Of a DNA stretch of 64,000 nt, positions 1 through 11,617 are shown one piece after another. This DNA is from Vicugna vicugna (taxonomy: Eukaryota): positions 310,001 through 374,000 of the forward strand of contig MU058836.1 in assembly GCA_013265495.1 (NCBI GenBank). Direction: 5' to 3'. The position numbers and the translations under genes are program-made. Each line of letters starts with the position of its first letter. Position 1 is the first letter of the stretch. Below the pieces are notes generated by a model that saw nothing but the letters and a program-made list of their open reading frames with translations, was not told where the DNA came from and did not search any database.

Positions 1-1304
1 TCCTCGGAGGTGACAGAAGTTCTCCCTCAGTCTTAATGCATTAAGACCCTGCTGAGTTCTAAGCACAAATGGGAAAAGCAGACCCCTATCATGGAATCCA
101 GACCTGGTGCCCGTGGACCTACTGGCGACAGTACCCAAGGGCTTGTCTCTTTTATTTCAAATCATCCACTCAAAACTCCCCCCTCACATGTACACTGTCC
201 TTCATGCTGCTCATTCCTGCAAATAAGTTCAGGCTCAATGGAATTGTCAGGCTCCTATTATCAACGTAGCCTGTGTCTTTCCAGGACAAACCAGCCTGAG
301 GGTTAGAAATGGATTCTCATTAAAACAGTATTGCAGTAGGTCTGCCTCAATTCCCTCTTCTGACACTGGCACCATCCTCCCCATTGCACCCACTGATTCC
401 CAGGGGTCCTCTCAGGGCTGCCTCCCACTGCTCGCGTCCTCACTCTGTCTGCTCTCACCACGCACCTTGTCTTCCCTTCCTGGTCCAGAATGCCTCCCTG
501 ATGTCTGTCACCTTCACAGCTGCTTCCTTAGGACTGAATGAGCTGGCTCACCACTGAGATTGTGTTTTACTCCTGGGGCATGGAGAAAACGCCTCCAGGA
601 CTCAGCTGAATGTCCCATCACATTGGATGCCCACAGAGGTTCTGACGGTCTGTGAGCTGACTCATCGCTCTCTGCATCCTCAGTGCATTCTGTCCAATCC
701 TTCTTTCCTCCCAGGAGAAAAGCAGACCGGTTGGGAGTGTTTGCACCGAGGAAAAAAATCCATCTCATAGCAAACATTCCGCCGGTCCCCAAGGATTCCT
801 CATAAGAGCTCTCCACCGCACCCGCTCACAGGGCAGACAATGTGCTAAACCAGCTGTTTAACACAAGAGGCTCCCGGTCCCCAGAGACCAGAGACAAGCT
901 CCCGAGACGCGCAATATGTCTCCATTAGCCAAGCAACCGGCTTTGGGTGTGTTGCCCAATTCCATATTCCTGTGTTCATTAGCTGCAAGCCAGTCTGCCA
1001 GGAACTCGGGGCTCACCAGCTTTCCTAAACGGAGGAGAGAGAAACGCGTCAGGTGGCCTGCCCCGTAGGTCTGTCTCTCCTGGGACCCTGTGCCGGAGGG
1101 GCCTGTTACACCACAACCCGTGGAGGCTTAGTGGCAGGCCACGCTAGGACGTCCATGCTGAGTTAGCCGGGACAGGTGAGTAAACAGGGACAGTCATGGA
1201 GGGAGAGGGGTTGACTGGGCTGCGAGACAGGTCCTGAGAGAGGGGGCATCCAAGTCCCGCTGCCCAGGGGGGCAAGGGGAAGGGGGAACAGCACCGCAGG
1301 TAAG

Positions 1305-1490
1305 AGCTCAAACTCCAGAGTGAGACAGAACTGGTTTTGAATCCCGGCATCGCCACTTAGCATTGACCTTAGGCGACTCACGTAGCCTCTTCTGCCCCAG
1401 AGGTAATAAAAGAACCCCCAGGTGGTCCTGAGGAGATGATGCTTGCAAAGTTCTCAGCCTGCAGCTTGGCCCAGGGTAAATGATAACTAG
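1305..1490 (+). mobile_element. MIR SINE
   Basis: TTTGAATCCCGGCATCGCCACTTAGCATTGACCTTAGGC MIR core-like sequence. Confidence 0.65.
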
Positions 1491-1654
1491 TGCTCTTTGC
1501 AGTCTGACTTCAGTCTCCAAGGGCAGGTGGGGCCGGGCTGGCGGATGTGACCTCCTACCAGAAATATCCCCACGGAGAATGGCGGCTCCCTGACTCCGGG
1601 TTCTCCTTCCAGACTGCAGCCGTGTCCGAATTAACCAGTGACGTGTCAGGGCGG

Positions 1655-2010
1655 GCCTCCCCCAACATGGTGGCCACGGCTACCTGCGGCTGTTGAGCAC
1701 GTGAGATGCGGCGAGTCTACACCGGCATGTGCCTTGGTGTAAAGTCCACGCTGGATTGGAAAGGCGTGTGTGTGTGTGTGTGTGTGTAAACAAATCTAGT
1801 AAAATAGCTCATTAATCCTTTCTTGTATTGCCTACGTGTTGACATAGCTGATAATACTGTGTTTATATTGGGTTAAACAGAATATATCATTAAGATGAAT
1901 TTTACCTCTTTCTTTTTTTTACCTTTTTCAATGCGGCTATAAGAAAATGTTAAATTACCCTTGTGGCTTGCATGCATGGGTCACCTTGTCTTTCCATTGG
2001 AGCATGCTGG
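1655..2010 (+). mobile_element. hAT-Charlie MITE (MER33/MER3-like) with (TG)n
   Basis: CCAACATGGTGGCCAC...TTGAGCAC...TAAAATTACCCTTGTGGCTTGCAT...CATTGGAGCATGCTG. Confidence 0.75.
1766..1787. repeat. (GT)n microsatellite
   Basis: Directly visible. Confidence 0.95.
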
Positions 2011-4419
2011 TTCAGGTGGACAAGTGTTCCAGCTAATGGGTTAGACTCAGGGACCCCACTCCAGTGCCAGGAAAAGTGGGGCAGAGTCAGGAAACTGAGG
2101 CAGGCAGGGTTCTGAGCTAACACATAGGCCAGGCCCAGCCCCCCTGGAAATAGAGATGATGACGAGGGGAGCGAGCCACATCTGAGACCCACCTCTGGGT
2201 GGAGAAGAAGGCTGACAAAGAGCCAAGCCTGTCGCGGGCTGGCTGCGGGAACTGGGTGGGGCGGAGCCACGAGCTTTAGGACCTGCGCTGGGCAGGGCTG
2301 CGGGCAGACCTGGTAACTGAGAGAGCTCCCATGTTTGGGATTGTTTATAAACCTGGGAACAGCAGGCATCTCACAACACCACGTGTCCCTCACCTCACGG
2401 GTCATTGGCAGGAATAAGGCATCAAGGCACCTCCCTCGAATGGATTCACGCCCAGCTCAGTACCCCGGGCCGGAAAAAGCAGGGAGGAGAAGCAGAGCGG
2501 TTTTGGAGGGAAACTTTCAAAGTATTGAGTGTGGCCTCAAGCCAAGGCAGCCGCAGCCAACTTCCAACCCGGACTAAGAAGCGTTCTTGGAGAACTCTGT
2601 CCCCTAAGCCCCGAGAACATGATCATAGTTGGAACCATATGTAGCGCCTAACATGTTTAAGGAAACTCCTGGCTGTCCCCTGCAATCTCTCAGTCCCAAA
2701 CAGCCTCTGAAATGTGATTATGTACAATCTAAACCCAAGTCTCCTCTCAGGCGTGACATCAAAATCTGTTTATTAACTCCCAAAGTTCAAGTTTTCCAAG
2801 AGTATGTGCTGTCCTTCAATGAATGACGGCGAGCCGTTTCGTCACGTTTTCTCCAGTTTAAAACCTGAGAAACTTAGCATCTGATCTAGCCTCCGTGGGG
2901 TCTAAACCATCGAGCACATGTGCAGGAGGCATGTGGAAAGCACTGGAAGGGAGAAGAAAGAGAGACAGTTTTGCAGCCGAGGAGACCTCTGTGATGCGCG
3001 GGGCTCTGGGCTTAGATTATTTTTAGACTTTGGCACTAAAATCAGAATTAGTATTTCATGCCTTGGCCTTCTGAAGACACCCACGTGACTTTGTCTTTCT
3101 GGACGTAGCATGTGTTCCAGTGTGGGTTGTGGGAAGACCACTCCCCGAGCACAATGCTGAATGTAACATGCCAAAGGTAAGTCTGATTCCCGTGTAGAAC
3201 GTGGATTTGAAAGGGCCACGTGGCCATGAGAAAAAAACAGCAACTTCGGTTGCTTCTACAAGACATGACGAAACCTTGAACGACCTCTAGGAAACATCGG
3301 AAGCCACCCGAGTGGGATACCTCCAACGTGTCTTATGAAAAATCCATTACACTTGACTGTCCTCAGTGTTTTGGTGTTGCTTGTTTATTTTAGCAGCGTG
3401 GGTGACTCACCTCTATAACCATGCATCACGTGACGACCAACTGGTTCCAACGCGCTGGGACACAGGTGAGGTCAGGACGTTTCCTCTGTACTCCCCAAGA
3501 CCTCCGAACTCACCCCCTCTACGGTGTCATGCACCCTGTGCTGAGACTACCCACTAACTCCACCCACGAGGGCCCCTCTAGGTCGGGTCTTCGCCATCTA
3601 ACAGATCCTATCAAGTCTTGGAACCCACCAAGCACTTCGTAAATGTGTGTTAACTAACAAAGAATGAATTACTCCCTAAAACTCTGAGCTCCATGCTTCT
3701 CGGCACCCCCGCACTATGTTTACAACGAGGAGCGCTAAGTCACCTAGTAATTCACTGGATTGTAAAGCTGACTCCTTCTAGAGAAGGACCGGGCAGGGAG
3801 GCCAAGGAGAAGTGGGACCAGGCCAAGGTTTTCCGAGGGGGCAGTGTTGGTTAGGTCAGCTAGAGATGACCAAGTTCACGGTGAGCTTAACAGGAATAGA
3901 AATAATCCAGCCTCCCCAGAAACATGTTTATTACCATAGTACTAAGGATGCTAATTATAATAACAAAGAATATTCACATAATCTTTTTCACGCTTGTGTC
4001 TTGACTCTCTACGATGTTCCAGACAGTGTCCTGAGCGTTAAGGACACGGTGTAAGATGATCAAAGACCCCCACCTCATGGACACGGGGAGATGATGTAAG
4101 GAAGCAAATATCTAACACAGCACCTGGGAGAGGGGGTGTCAGGAGAGGAGGGGCTGCACGTGATACAAGGTAACTGGAGAAGTCCTCAACGGTACGTTGA
4201 TAGATGAGTGGAGAGCAGCGGAGAGTGTTCCTAACAGGAATCAAGTACAAGAGCAGTCGGCACGGTCAGGGAGGGGCAAGGTGGCCAGAGGACCAGCTGC
4301 CCCAGTCCACTGCTTCCCAAGTGAAAATGGGTAATACAGCATCTCATGGTTGTATCATAAAACTAAAAAACTACCACCACTGTAGTAACAAAACTTCTTA
4401 CCAAAACCAAGACCTTTAT

Positions 4420-4925
4420 TTATTTTTTCTTTTTTTCATTCAAGTATAGTTAATTTATAATGCATTAGTTTCAGGTGTGCAGCAAAGTGATTCAGTTATA
4501 CATTTTTTTTCCAGATTCTTTTCCATTATGGTTTATTACAAGATACTGAATATAGTTCCCTGTGCTATACAGTAGGATCTTGTTGTTTGTCTATTTTGTA
4601 TAAAGTAGTGTATATCTGTTAACCCCAAACTCCTAATTTATCCCTCCCCCTACCTTTCCCCTTTGGCAACTCTTATGTTTTGTTTTCTATGTCTGTGAGT
4701 CTGTTTCTTGTTTTGTAAATAAGTTCATTTATATTGTGTTTGTTACGATATAATATTTGTCTTTCTCTAACTTACTTTTCTTAATGTGATGATCTCCAGG
4801 TCCACCCATGTTGCTGGAAATGGCATTATTTCATTCTTTTTTATGGCTGAGTAGTATTCCATTGTATATATACTGCATCCTCTTTACCAGTCATCTGTCA
4901 ATGGACATTTAGGTTGCATCCATAA
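4420..4925 (-). mobile_element. L1 3' fragment (cetartiodactyl-type)
   Basis: T-rich tail, ATAGTTCCCTGTGCTATACAGTAGG motif and ORF2-end TTTATGGCTGAGTAGTATTCCATTGT. Degenerate TSD ACCAAGA(C/A)CTTTA. Confidence 0.9.
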
Positions 4926-7134
4926 GACCAAGAACTTTAGATGTCTTCCCCACCAAGCCCTAGACAAGGGACAAGTGATAATGTCTGCACAGTTTATTTT
5001 TGACTCTTGGTAATAAATGCACAACTGCTATAAATGTCTCTTAAAAACAAACTACCACCATCTACCCTCCAGCCAATGTAAAGCTACATGAAGCTTTAAC
5101 CACAGGGCCTGGATTTTATTGGATGGTGCTGGACTGTGTCAGGTTTTTAGCTCCATTTTCATTAACTTAAAGCTTACAATCACCCTGTCACATAGGTGTT
5201 ACCAGCCTCATTGTGTCAGCAATAAAGTAAGCCTCAGAAAGTTGATTTCTCCCCCCCAAATTACCCAGTTTATAAGTAGAGGTATCGTAATTCCCACCCA
5301 GATGTTCCACCCATTCTCCATCTGCAGTCCTTTGTGCCGCTCTGTCCTATCTGCCTGCAGAGAAAGGGAGGATGGAACAGGTCTCCTGGGTGAGTGTTTG
5401 GGGAACTGGGAACAAGATTAGCCCTGTGACCAGGGATTCAGGAAACTTCCAGGATGCATTTAGTCCTCAAAATAGGAAACCATAGGGAAGTGTGCCTGTT
5501 TACTTTCCTTAGCTGACTAAGAGCATTGGTGGGAAAAAGCCACCTTGACTAAGTGCCTTTGAAAATTAGAATGAAATAAAATCTTCCGAGATTACCTGGA
5601 AGATTGAGGAGCTGAGCTAGAAAAAACTACTGGACCAAGTGGTGAGCTCTCCAGAGCGTTTTCATTCATTCATTTCATTCATTTGTCCATTTCAACTCCT
5701 CACTTCACATTTATTGACTGTGCATTAACCTCCTGCAGCTCTGCTCTTGTAGTCTGTAGTGTGATGACCCGAAACAAACCATCACTGTTCTAGGAAAGAC
5801 AGGATGGCCCTGAACCAGACACAGTCAGAAGGCTGGGGTTTGACTCAGAAAGTTGTTGTTACTCAGTAGCTTTACAAATTACCTAGTCTATTTCCTCGGT
5901 TGTTAAAAGAAGATAATAGTGTTGGTCCTATCTTCTCATAAATTCGTTGGGAAGATTTCCTACGAGACAAACGTATGGGAGTACGTAGCACAGAGCGGGA
6001 ATTCAGGAAATGTTACCTGCATCTCAATGTGTGGTTAAAGCCTCTTTTATTGGGGTGAAGTCTCTTGCTGGTTTTTAAGAGCAAAATCCAGAATGTGGAA
6101 TGAAAGGAAGTAAGCAGAAAGCTCAGGGAGCGTCCATTTTTTCCAGCCCATTCCATGTGCACATGCTTGGGGGAAGCCCCATCTTGATGGCACTGCCAGG
6201 ATGAGGGGAAGTCCCAGGAACCTTAAACGTGGCCTTGGCTGAGACTGGACACTAAGACTGCAAAGCCTTGGAGAGAATGACAAATACAGGGAGAACCAAA
6301 GACAAAGCAATTGTCTCTGTCTTGTGAGAGGTGCATGTTCGAATACACACCTTCAGTGTCTTCTTCTGGAAGAGCAGCCCACAAAATCTGATTCGGTTAT
6401 GCCAGTGGAATGCAGTTGCCTGGGCACCGTCCTAGGAAATCCACTTGGGAATAGCTTCATTAGCCAGTATCTAAAATGGCGATGCTGGAAATCTGTGTGT
6501 TAAAAAAGTGAAACTGTTTTCTGTGATCCGAGGAATACTGTATCCTGCTTTGTGCAGTGATACAAACCTGGGGCATCTTCAGGCTGAGCTGTGCTTCGGC
6601 AGCCTCTTTGCTATCTCTTTACAAGTGTTCCTCTCCGGAACTGAGTACTGAAACAAGAGCTGGGGTGGTCCCTGATGCAAAAGGACAGAGGAATGATTAA
6701 GCCCTTACTGCAGGGCTGAAGACAGAAGATTCAAAACACGGGAGAATTCACGGGAAGAACTGAGATCGACCAGTTCTCTAAGGGAACCCTTGACTTTCTG
6801 GCAGGTGTGTAACCACAGTGGCTGAGGAGGGGCAGAGCCTGCTTCCTCTGGGTAAATTATTTCATATAGTTCAAGCTGCATTTGACAAACCATTGCTTGT
6901 CCTCCTGGGGATGTGTTTGTTCTTGTGGGAGCTAGGCTTATCGCGGGAAGCAGAGCCCGTGACAGCGGGGTAGACGAGGAGGCGCTGTGAGGTCTCTCCC
7001 TGGGACTAGAGAAAGCCCTGTCCAGATGCAACGGCCTCAGATTGGTGAAATTGTCCAGACTGATGTTTCGATGTCCTCCGCAGGGTGCTCTATAAAGGTG
7101 GAGGCTTTGATAAACGTTAAAAATGAGAAAGCTT

Positions 7135-7420
7135 TTTTCTATTTCTTTAATTTTGTATCTATATGAGATGATGGATGTTCACCGGTAAATTTATTCTGGT
7201 AAACATTTAATGATGGACGGAAGTCAAATCATTATGCTGGACGCCTTAAGCCTATCCAGCGCTGGAAGTCAATTATATCTCAACAAGACTAGAAGGGAAA
7301 AATGAAAGCGTTTGGTGGTAGCTGCACATATGTGCAATATACCAAAAAACAATGAAAGGTATACTTCGGAGAGATGAATCGTATGCTGATCATATCTCAA
7401 TAAAGCTGTTTAAAGAAAAA
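7135..7420 (+). mobile_element. Two older L1M 3'-end fragments
   Basis: GTCAATTATATCTCAACAAGACT and ATATCTCAATAAAGCTGTT L1M-type termini. Confidence 0.65.
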
Positions 7421-7524
7421 TGAAAGAGCTGTCTTTGTGTAGCTTAAAACAGAAGGAGGTAACAAAGGACATCCTGCCCCACCTCTATGCTATATGTATT
7501 TCTTCTCGACTTGTGAGCTTAGTT

Positions 7525-7855
7525 TTTTATTTTACTTTTATTTTATTTATTTATTTATTTGAAGTAGAGGTGATTTACAATGTTGTGTTAATTTCAAGGG
7601 TACAGTGTAGTGATTCAGTTATATATACATATATTTTTCATATTCTTTATCATTATAGGTTATTACAAGATATTGAATAGAGTTCCCTTATATGTAGAAT
7701 CTTAAAAAAAATGACACCAATGAACTTATTTACCAAACAGAAAAAGACTCGCACAGGAAACAAACTTATGGTTACCAGCGGGGAAGGGGATGGAGGGATA
7801 AATTTGGAGTCTGGGGTTTGTAGATACTAACTACTGTAAAATAAAGAACAAGGTC
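7525..7855. mobile_element. 5'-inverted L1 3' fragment
   Basis: Minus-strand L1 tail (7525-7688) joined to a plus-strand upstream L1 3'UTR segment (7689-7855). Confidence 0.8.
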
Positions 7856-7899
7856 GTGGGCTGATTTTGATGTCTTTGGTAAGAGCCACAGGGCAAGGT

Positions 7900-8269
7900 C
7901 TTAAAAGTTGGTGGACGAGCCTGCCATTAAGCAAGTGACACACACTGCACACCCCTGCTGGTCCGTTATCCCTGTAAAAAACAAACGGAAACAGAAAGAT
8001 GGACGGTATAAAGCAGGCCTTGATAAGGGGACACTTCTCTGGTGTGTTTCTGTCTTCTGGATATCCTGGAGTTGAGCCCTGCTGGCGGGCACGCCTGCAC
8101 AGCACGTGGCCACACCCCCTCCAAGGCCCAGGCCAGAGATGAGCAAATCAGGTCGTGCAGACTAGGTACCCACCTGTAGGTGACTGTGTTCCTTTGCTTC
8201 TCCCTGAACGTCCAGTAAAGTCTCGTTTGTGAATCATCCTCTCCTCGGCTGGGGGGAATCCCTGCTACA
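7900..8269 (+). mobile_element. Probable solo ERV LTR
   Basis: GC/CpG-rich block with TATAAA (8007), a poly(A)-signal-like AGTAAA (~8214) and a U5-like end ...CCCTGCTACA. The 5' boundary is uncertain. Confidence 0.55.
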
Positions 8270-8334
8270 ACAAGCAGAAGCCCCACCTGCTGAGTCCCCA
8301 CCTGCTCCCCACGAGAGCTTTATGAGATACTATT

Positions 8335-8700
8335 TGTATTAGTCTGCTCCGGCTGCCATAACAAATAGCCCAGAGCAGGAGGCTTACACAGCAGACACTT
8401 ACTCTCCACACTTTCAGAGACGAGAAGTCCACGATCAAGGTTTGGACAAATTGGGTTTCTGGTGAGGGTGTTCTTCCCGGCTTATAGACGGCTGCCTTCC
8501 CATGTGTCCTCACATGGCCTTTCCTCTGTCCTTGTACAGAGAGAGAGATGGTCCTTCTTCCTGTTCTTATCAATCCTATCAAATTAAGGCCCCATGATTA
8601 CAACCTCATTTAACCTTAATTACATCCCGAAAGGCCCTATCTCCAAATGCAGTTAGGGTTAGAACTTCAACATAGGAATTTAGGTGGGGACAAAGTTCCA
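8335..8700 (-). mobile_element. MaLR LTR (MLT1 family)
   Basis: TGTATTAGTCTGCTCCGGCTGCCATAACAAA...CTCATTTAACCTTAATTAC...CCCTATCTCCAAAT. Confidence 0.9.
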
Positions 8701-9394
8701 TTTTACACTTGAGGAAATTGTGGCTTAGAGGAGTGAAATAAATTTGTCATAGCTGAAAAGCCAAGCCCTGAACCCAGGATGTCCAATGGCAGAAACACGC
8801 CTTTATCCACTTTATTACACCGCTGTAGTGAGTATGTGTATATACACTTTGGCCAACATGGTACTGGGAAAGCTTAGGCTGGGTGGAAGCAGAGAGACCT
8901 CAGGGGAAGGGAAATTGTAGCCAGGCGGGAGTCATGGCAACCGGGTTCTCCCAGCTCTCTCTACCAGGGCTTCACCCTCTGTTGCCAAACTTGGAGGTTC
9001 TAGGTCCGAGGTTTATGAAGAGAGACGACAGTTTCACTTATATGACTCTAACAAAGAAGAAACATTTTAATCCAGATACTGGAGTCCCCAACAGTTTAGA
9101 TAATCACCATGTGATACGTGGCAAAGCAGGGAGCCTGTGGTTCAAACTCACCCTATTTCTTTTAACACAGAGGAAGAGCAGGTGAGCCATGGGGACCAGA
9201 GACCCTTATTACTATCATAAACAGACCTGCCCACCCTGGGGGACCCCTTGCTCCCAGCCTTTCCTCTTTTCCTTTAACATCTCAGTGCCTTTGCCCAGCA
9301 TCCTATTCCGTCTGCCTGGGATGCTAAGAGAAAATAGTAACTTAAAAAATGCCCAGCAGTCATAACAGCTAAAATGTCTTCTATTGATGTTTCA

Positions 9395-10075
9395 CTTATT
9401 CATTCAACAAATGCTTGCTGGATGGAAGGAAACTACTCAGTGGTAGAGCCCATGCTTAGCATGTACAAGGCCCTGGGTTCCATCCCCAGTACCTCCATTA
9501 AAAATAAAATACTTGTTGCCTTCCTATTATAGATCAAATACTATTCTCGGCACCAGAAATACAAGAGTGAATAAGTCAGAAAAGATCCTTGTCCTCCAAG
9601 CACAGTATGTTCTAGTAAGGAACTTACATTCTTATGAGGATCTTAACCTTTATCTTAAGGAGAACATCTCTACTGCTAAGCCAGTCATGGGCAGCATAAA
9701 AAAATCGAACATGATTTGCAGTCACAATTAGAAGACCCGGTTTCAAGCCCTGGCTTCATGTCTTTTATTTATTCATGTAACATCCACTGCGTCCCAGGAA
9801 TTATGCCTGGTGCTAGTGATGCAGAAATGACTAGGGGGGAGAGACAGACTATCACAGTACAATGCGCTAAGTGCTATAAAAGAATCACTGTCAGAGTGCT
9901 TTGGAATTACAGAGGAGGGAGCAGTCTGATCTCTTCGAGAAAATATAGGCAGCTTCACAGAAGAACTTAAATTTGAGCTAAGTAATTAAGGAGCAAGTAT
10001 CTCCTAGGTAAAGAAGGTGAGGTTGGTCTATTCCTCAATATGCATAAAAGCATACAGCACTTGGGGAAACAAAAT
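9395..10075 (-). mobile_element. L2 3' fragments
   Basis: ATTCATTCAACAAAT tail plus GTGCTAG/AGACAGAC/TTTGAGCT motifs. Confidence 0.6.
9424..9511 (+). mobile_element. tRNA-derived SINE (camelid Vic-1-like)
   Basis: CTCAGTGGTAGAGC A-box, GGTTCCATCCC B-box and A-rich tail; inserted in an L2 3' end. Confidence 0.85.
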
Positions 10076-10689
10076 CAACCTGGCTGATGATAATTTTAGG
10101 CGGTGGGAGAGAATATAAGGAACACAGATTGGCCAGAGACTTGTCTCTGTTTCTATGCTTATTTCACAAACCCAGCTCTGTCGGCTCCCGCACCTTCATA
10201 TTTGACTGGCACAATTGGAAAACCATAAATAAAACCTACCTCTACAAATGCTTCTGTTCTCCAAGTGTAGATACAGGCATCCATATGTAGATATGTATTT
10301 TAGCCTATAAACATACCATAATGAGGTATAATGGTCCTGAGATGCTTCATACTCCACATTTTGATGGTCTGACTTTCCCAATCGTTATTCAGATTTGGCT
10401 TGGAATATAATATATCTTTACCTCCTACTGAGACAGAAGAATTAGCCTCAAATATCATAAAATGGAGCACGTCAGAACTTGCATCAGGAAATCCTACACT
10501 TGCACTGTCAAAATCTTTGACTCAATTAAATGATGTTTAAAATCTATTGCTTTCCAATCATTATGGGAGATTGAAAGCAATCCTCCGCCATTAACCAGAG
10601 GGTAATTGATCGTGAGAGGGTCCAGTACTCTAAAGAAACTTCTGACCACTCGTTCAGAAAGTTGCTGCCCAAACCCCCCATGCCCCAGC

Positions 10690-11030
10690 CTTCATGAAGA
10701 GGTGGGAGAAACAGTAAAGCATAAACATATTGCTTTTTCAGCCTTCATGCCATTTGCCACGTAATTCCAGCTTTCTGCTTTCCAGGCACATGGCAATGTT
10801 AGATTCTCTTCAAGAGTTTCTTGTAGATTTTCCAAAGCGTTTTTCCTTTCTCTCACAATGGCCAATGATAATAGCTGCCTCATCAGCCTGGTTCCAGATG
10901 GGGACAAGACAAAGCAGACATCCAGCCACTTTGTGACATGCATACACAGCAGATGAGAAATGAAGCTCATTAAAAACCAATAAAAATGGGGGATTGTTTG
11001 TTACTAGGTATAATCCAACCTTGCTAATGC
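10690..11030 (+). mobile_element. Degenerate MaLR/ERVL LTR
   Basis: CATCAGCCTGGTTCCAGA...TGTGACATGCA...GGATTGTTTGTTACT MLT1-type 3' end. Confidence 0.5.
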
Positions 11031-11576
11031 ATGAGTTTCACAGGTTTGAAAGTTGAATCAACTATATTTTAAGGTAGGACCAACTAGTCAAGTATTGAGC
11101 ACACAGCTTATACTAGTATGTGCTCCATACTTTATCTTCATTTTCATACCTGCTGGGTAGGTTGGTGTATTTTGTAAATGATGAAACTGAGGCTCCAAAC
11201 AGTAAGTTGCAGAGCCAAAACACAGACCCTGGCCTCCTGTTCCAAGTTTAGCCTCCCTTTCATGATATTTCATCATTTCTCCTATTATTTCTAATTTGCA
11301 AGATATAGTCTTGCCAAATGTAACCCAGCTACCACATGAGGCTTGGCCCTCAAGACCTAGACACTTGCCTTGAATCCTAATTCAATGCTTTGTAGAAAGT
11401 CAAATCCTTGTCTGAGAGTTTTGCAAATTCCCAGAGGGCTTCTGAGCCCAAGCCTGTGTCTGCTTCCTGGAATCCTGGATCATTTCACATTTACAAAATG
11501 TGAATGAAACAGCCCCCTTGCCAATTTCTTAAAAAAAAAAAAAAGCAACCAACAACAACAGAAATCTTCGTTACAT

Positions 11577-11578
<2 letters not shown>

Positions 11579-11610
<32 letters not shown>

Positions 11611-11617
11611 AGAGAGA
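11579..11617. repeat. (AC)n(AG)n microsatellite
   Basis: Directly visible. Confidence 0.97.

Noticed and set aside
1950..2405. Longest ORF in the track (151 aa, minus strand)
   Set aside because: Sits in GC-rich, stop-poor sequence, runs into a MER element, and shows no domain or splice support.
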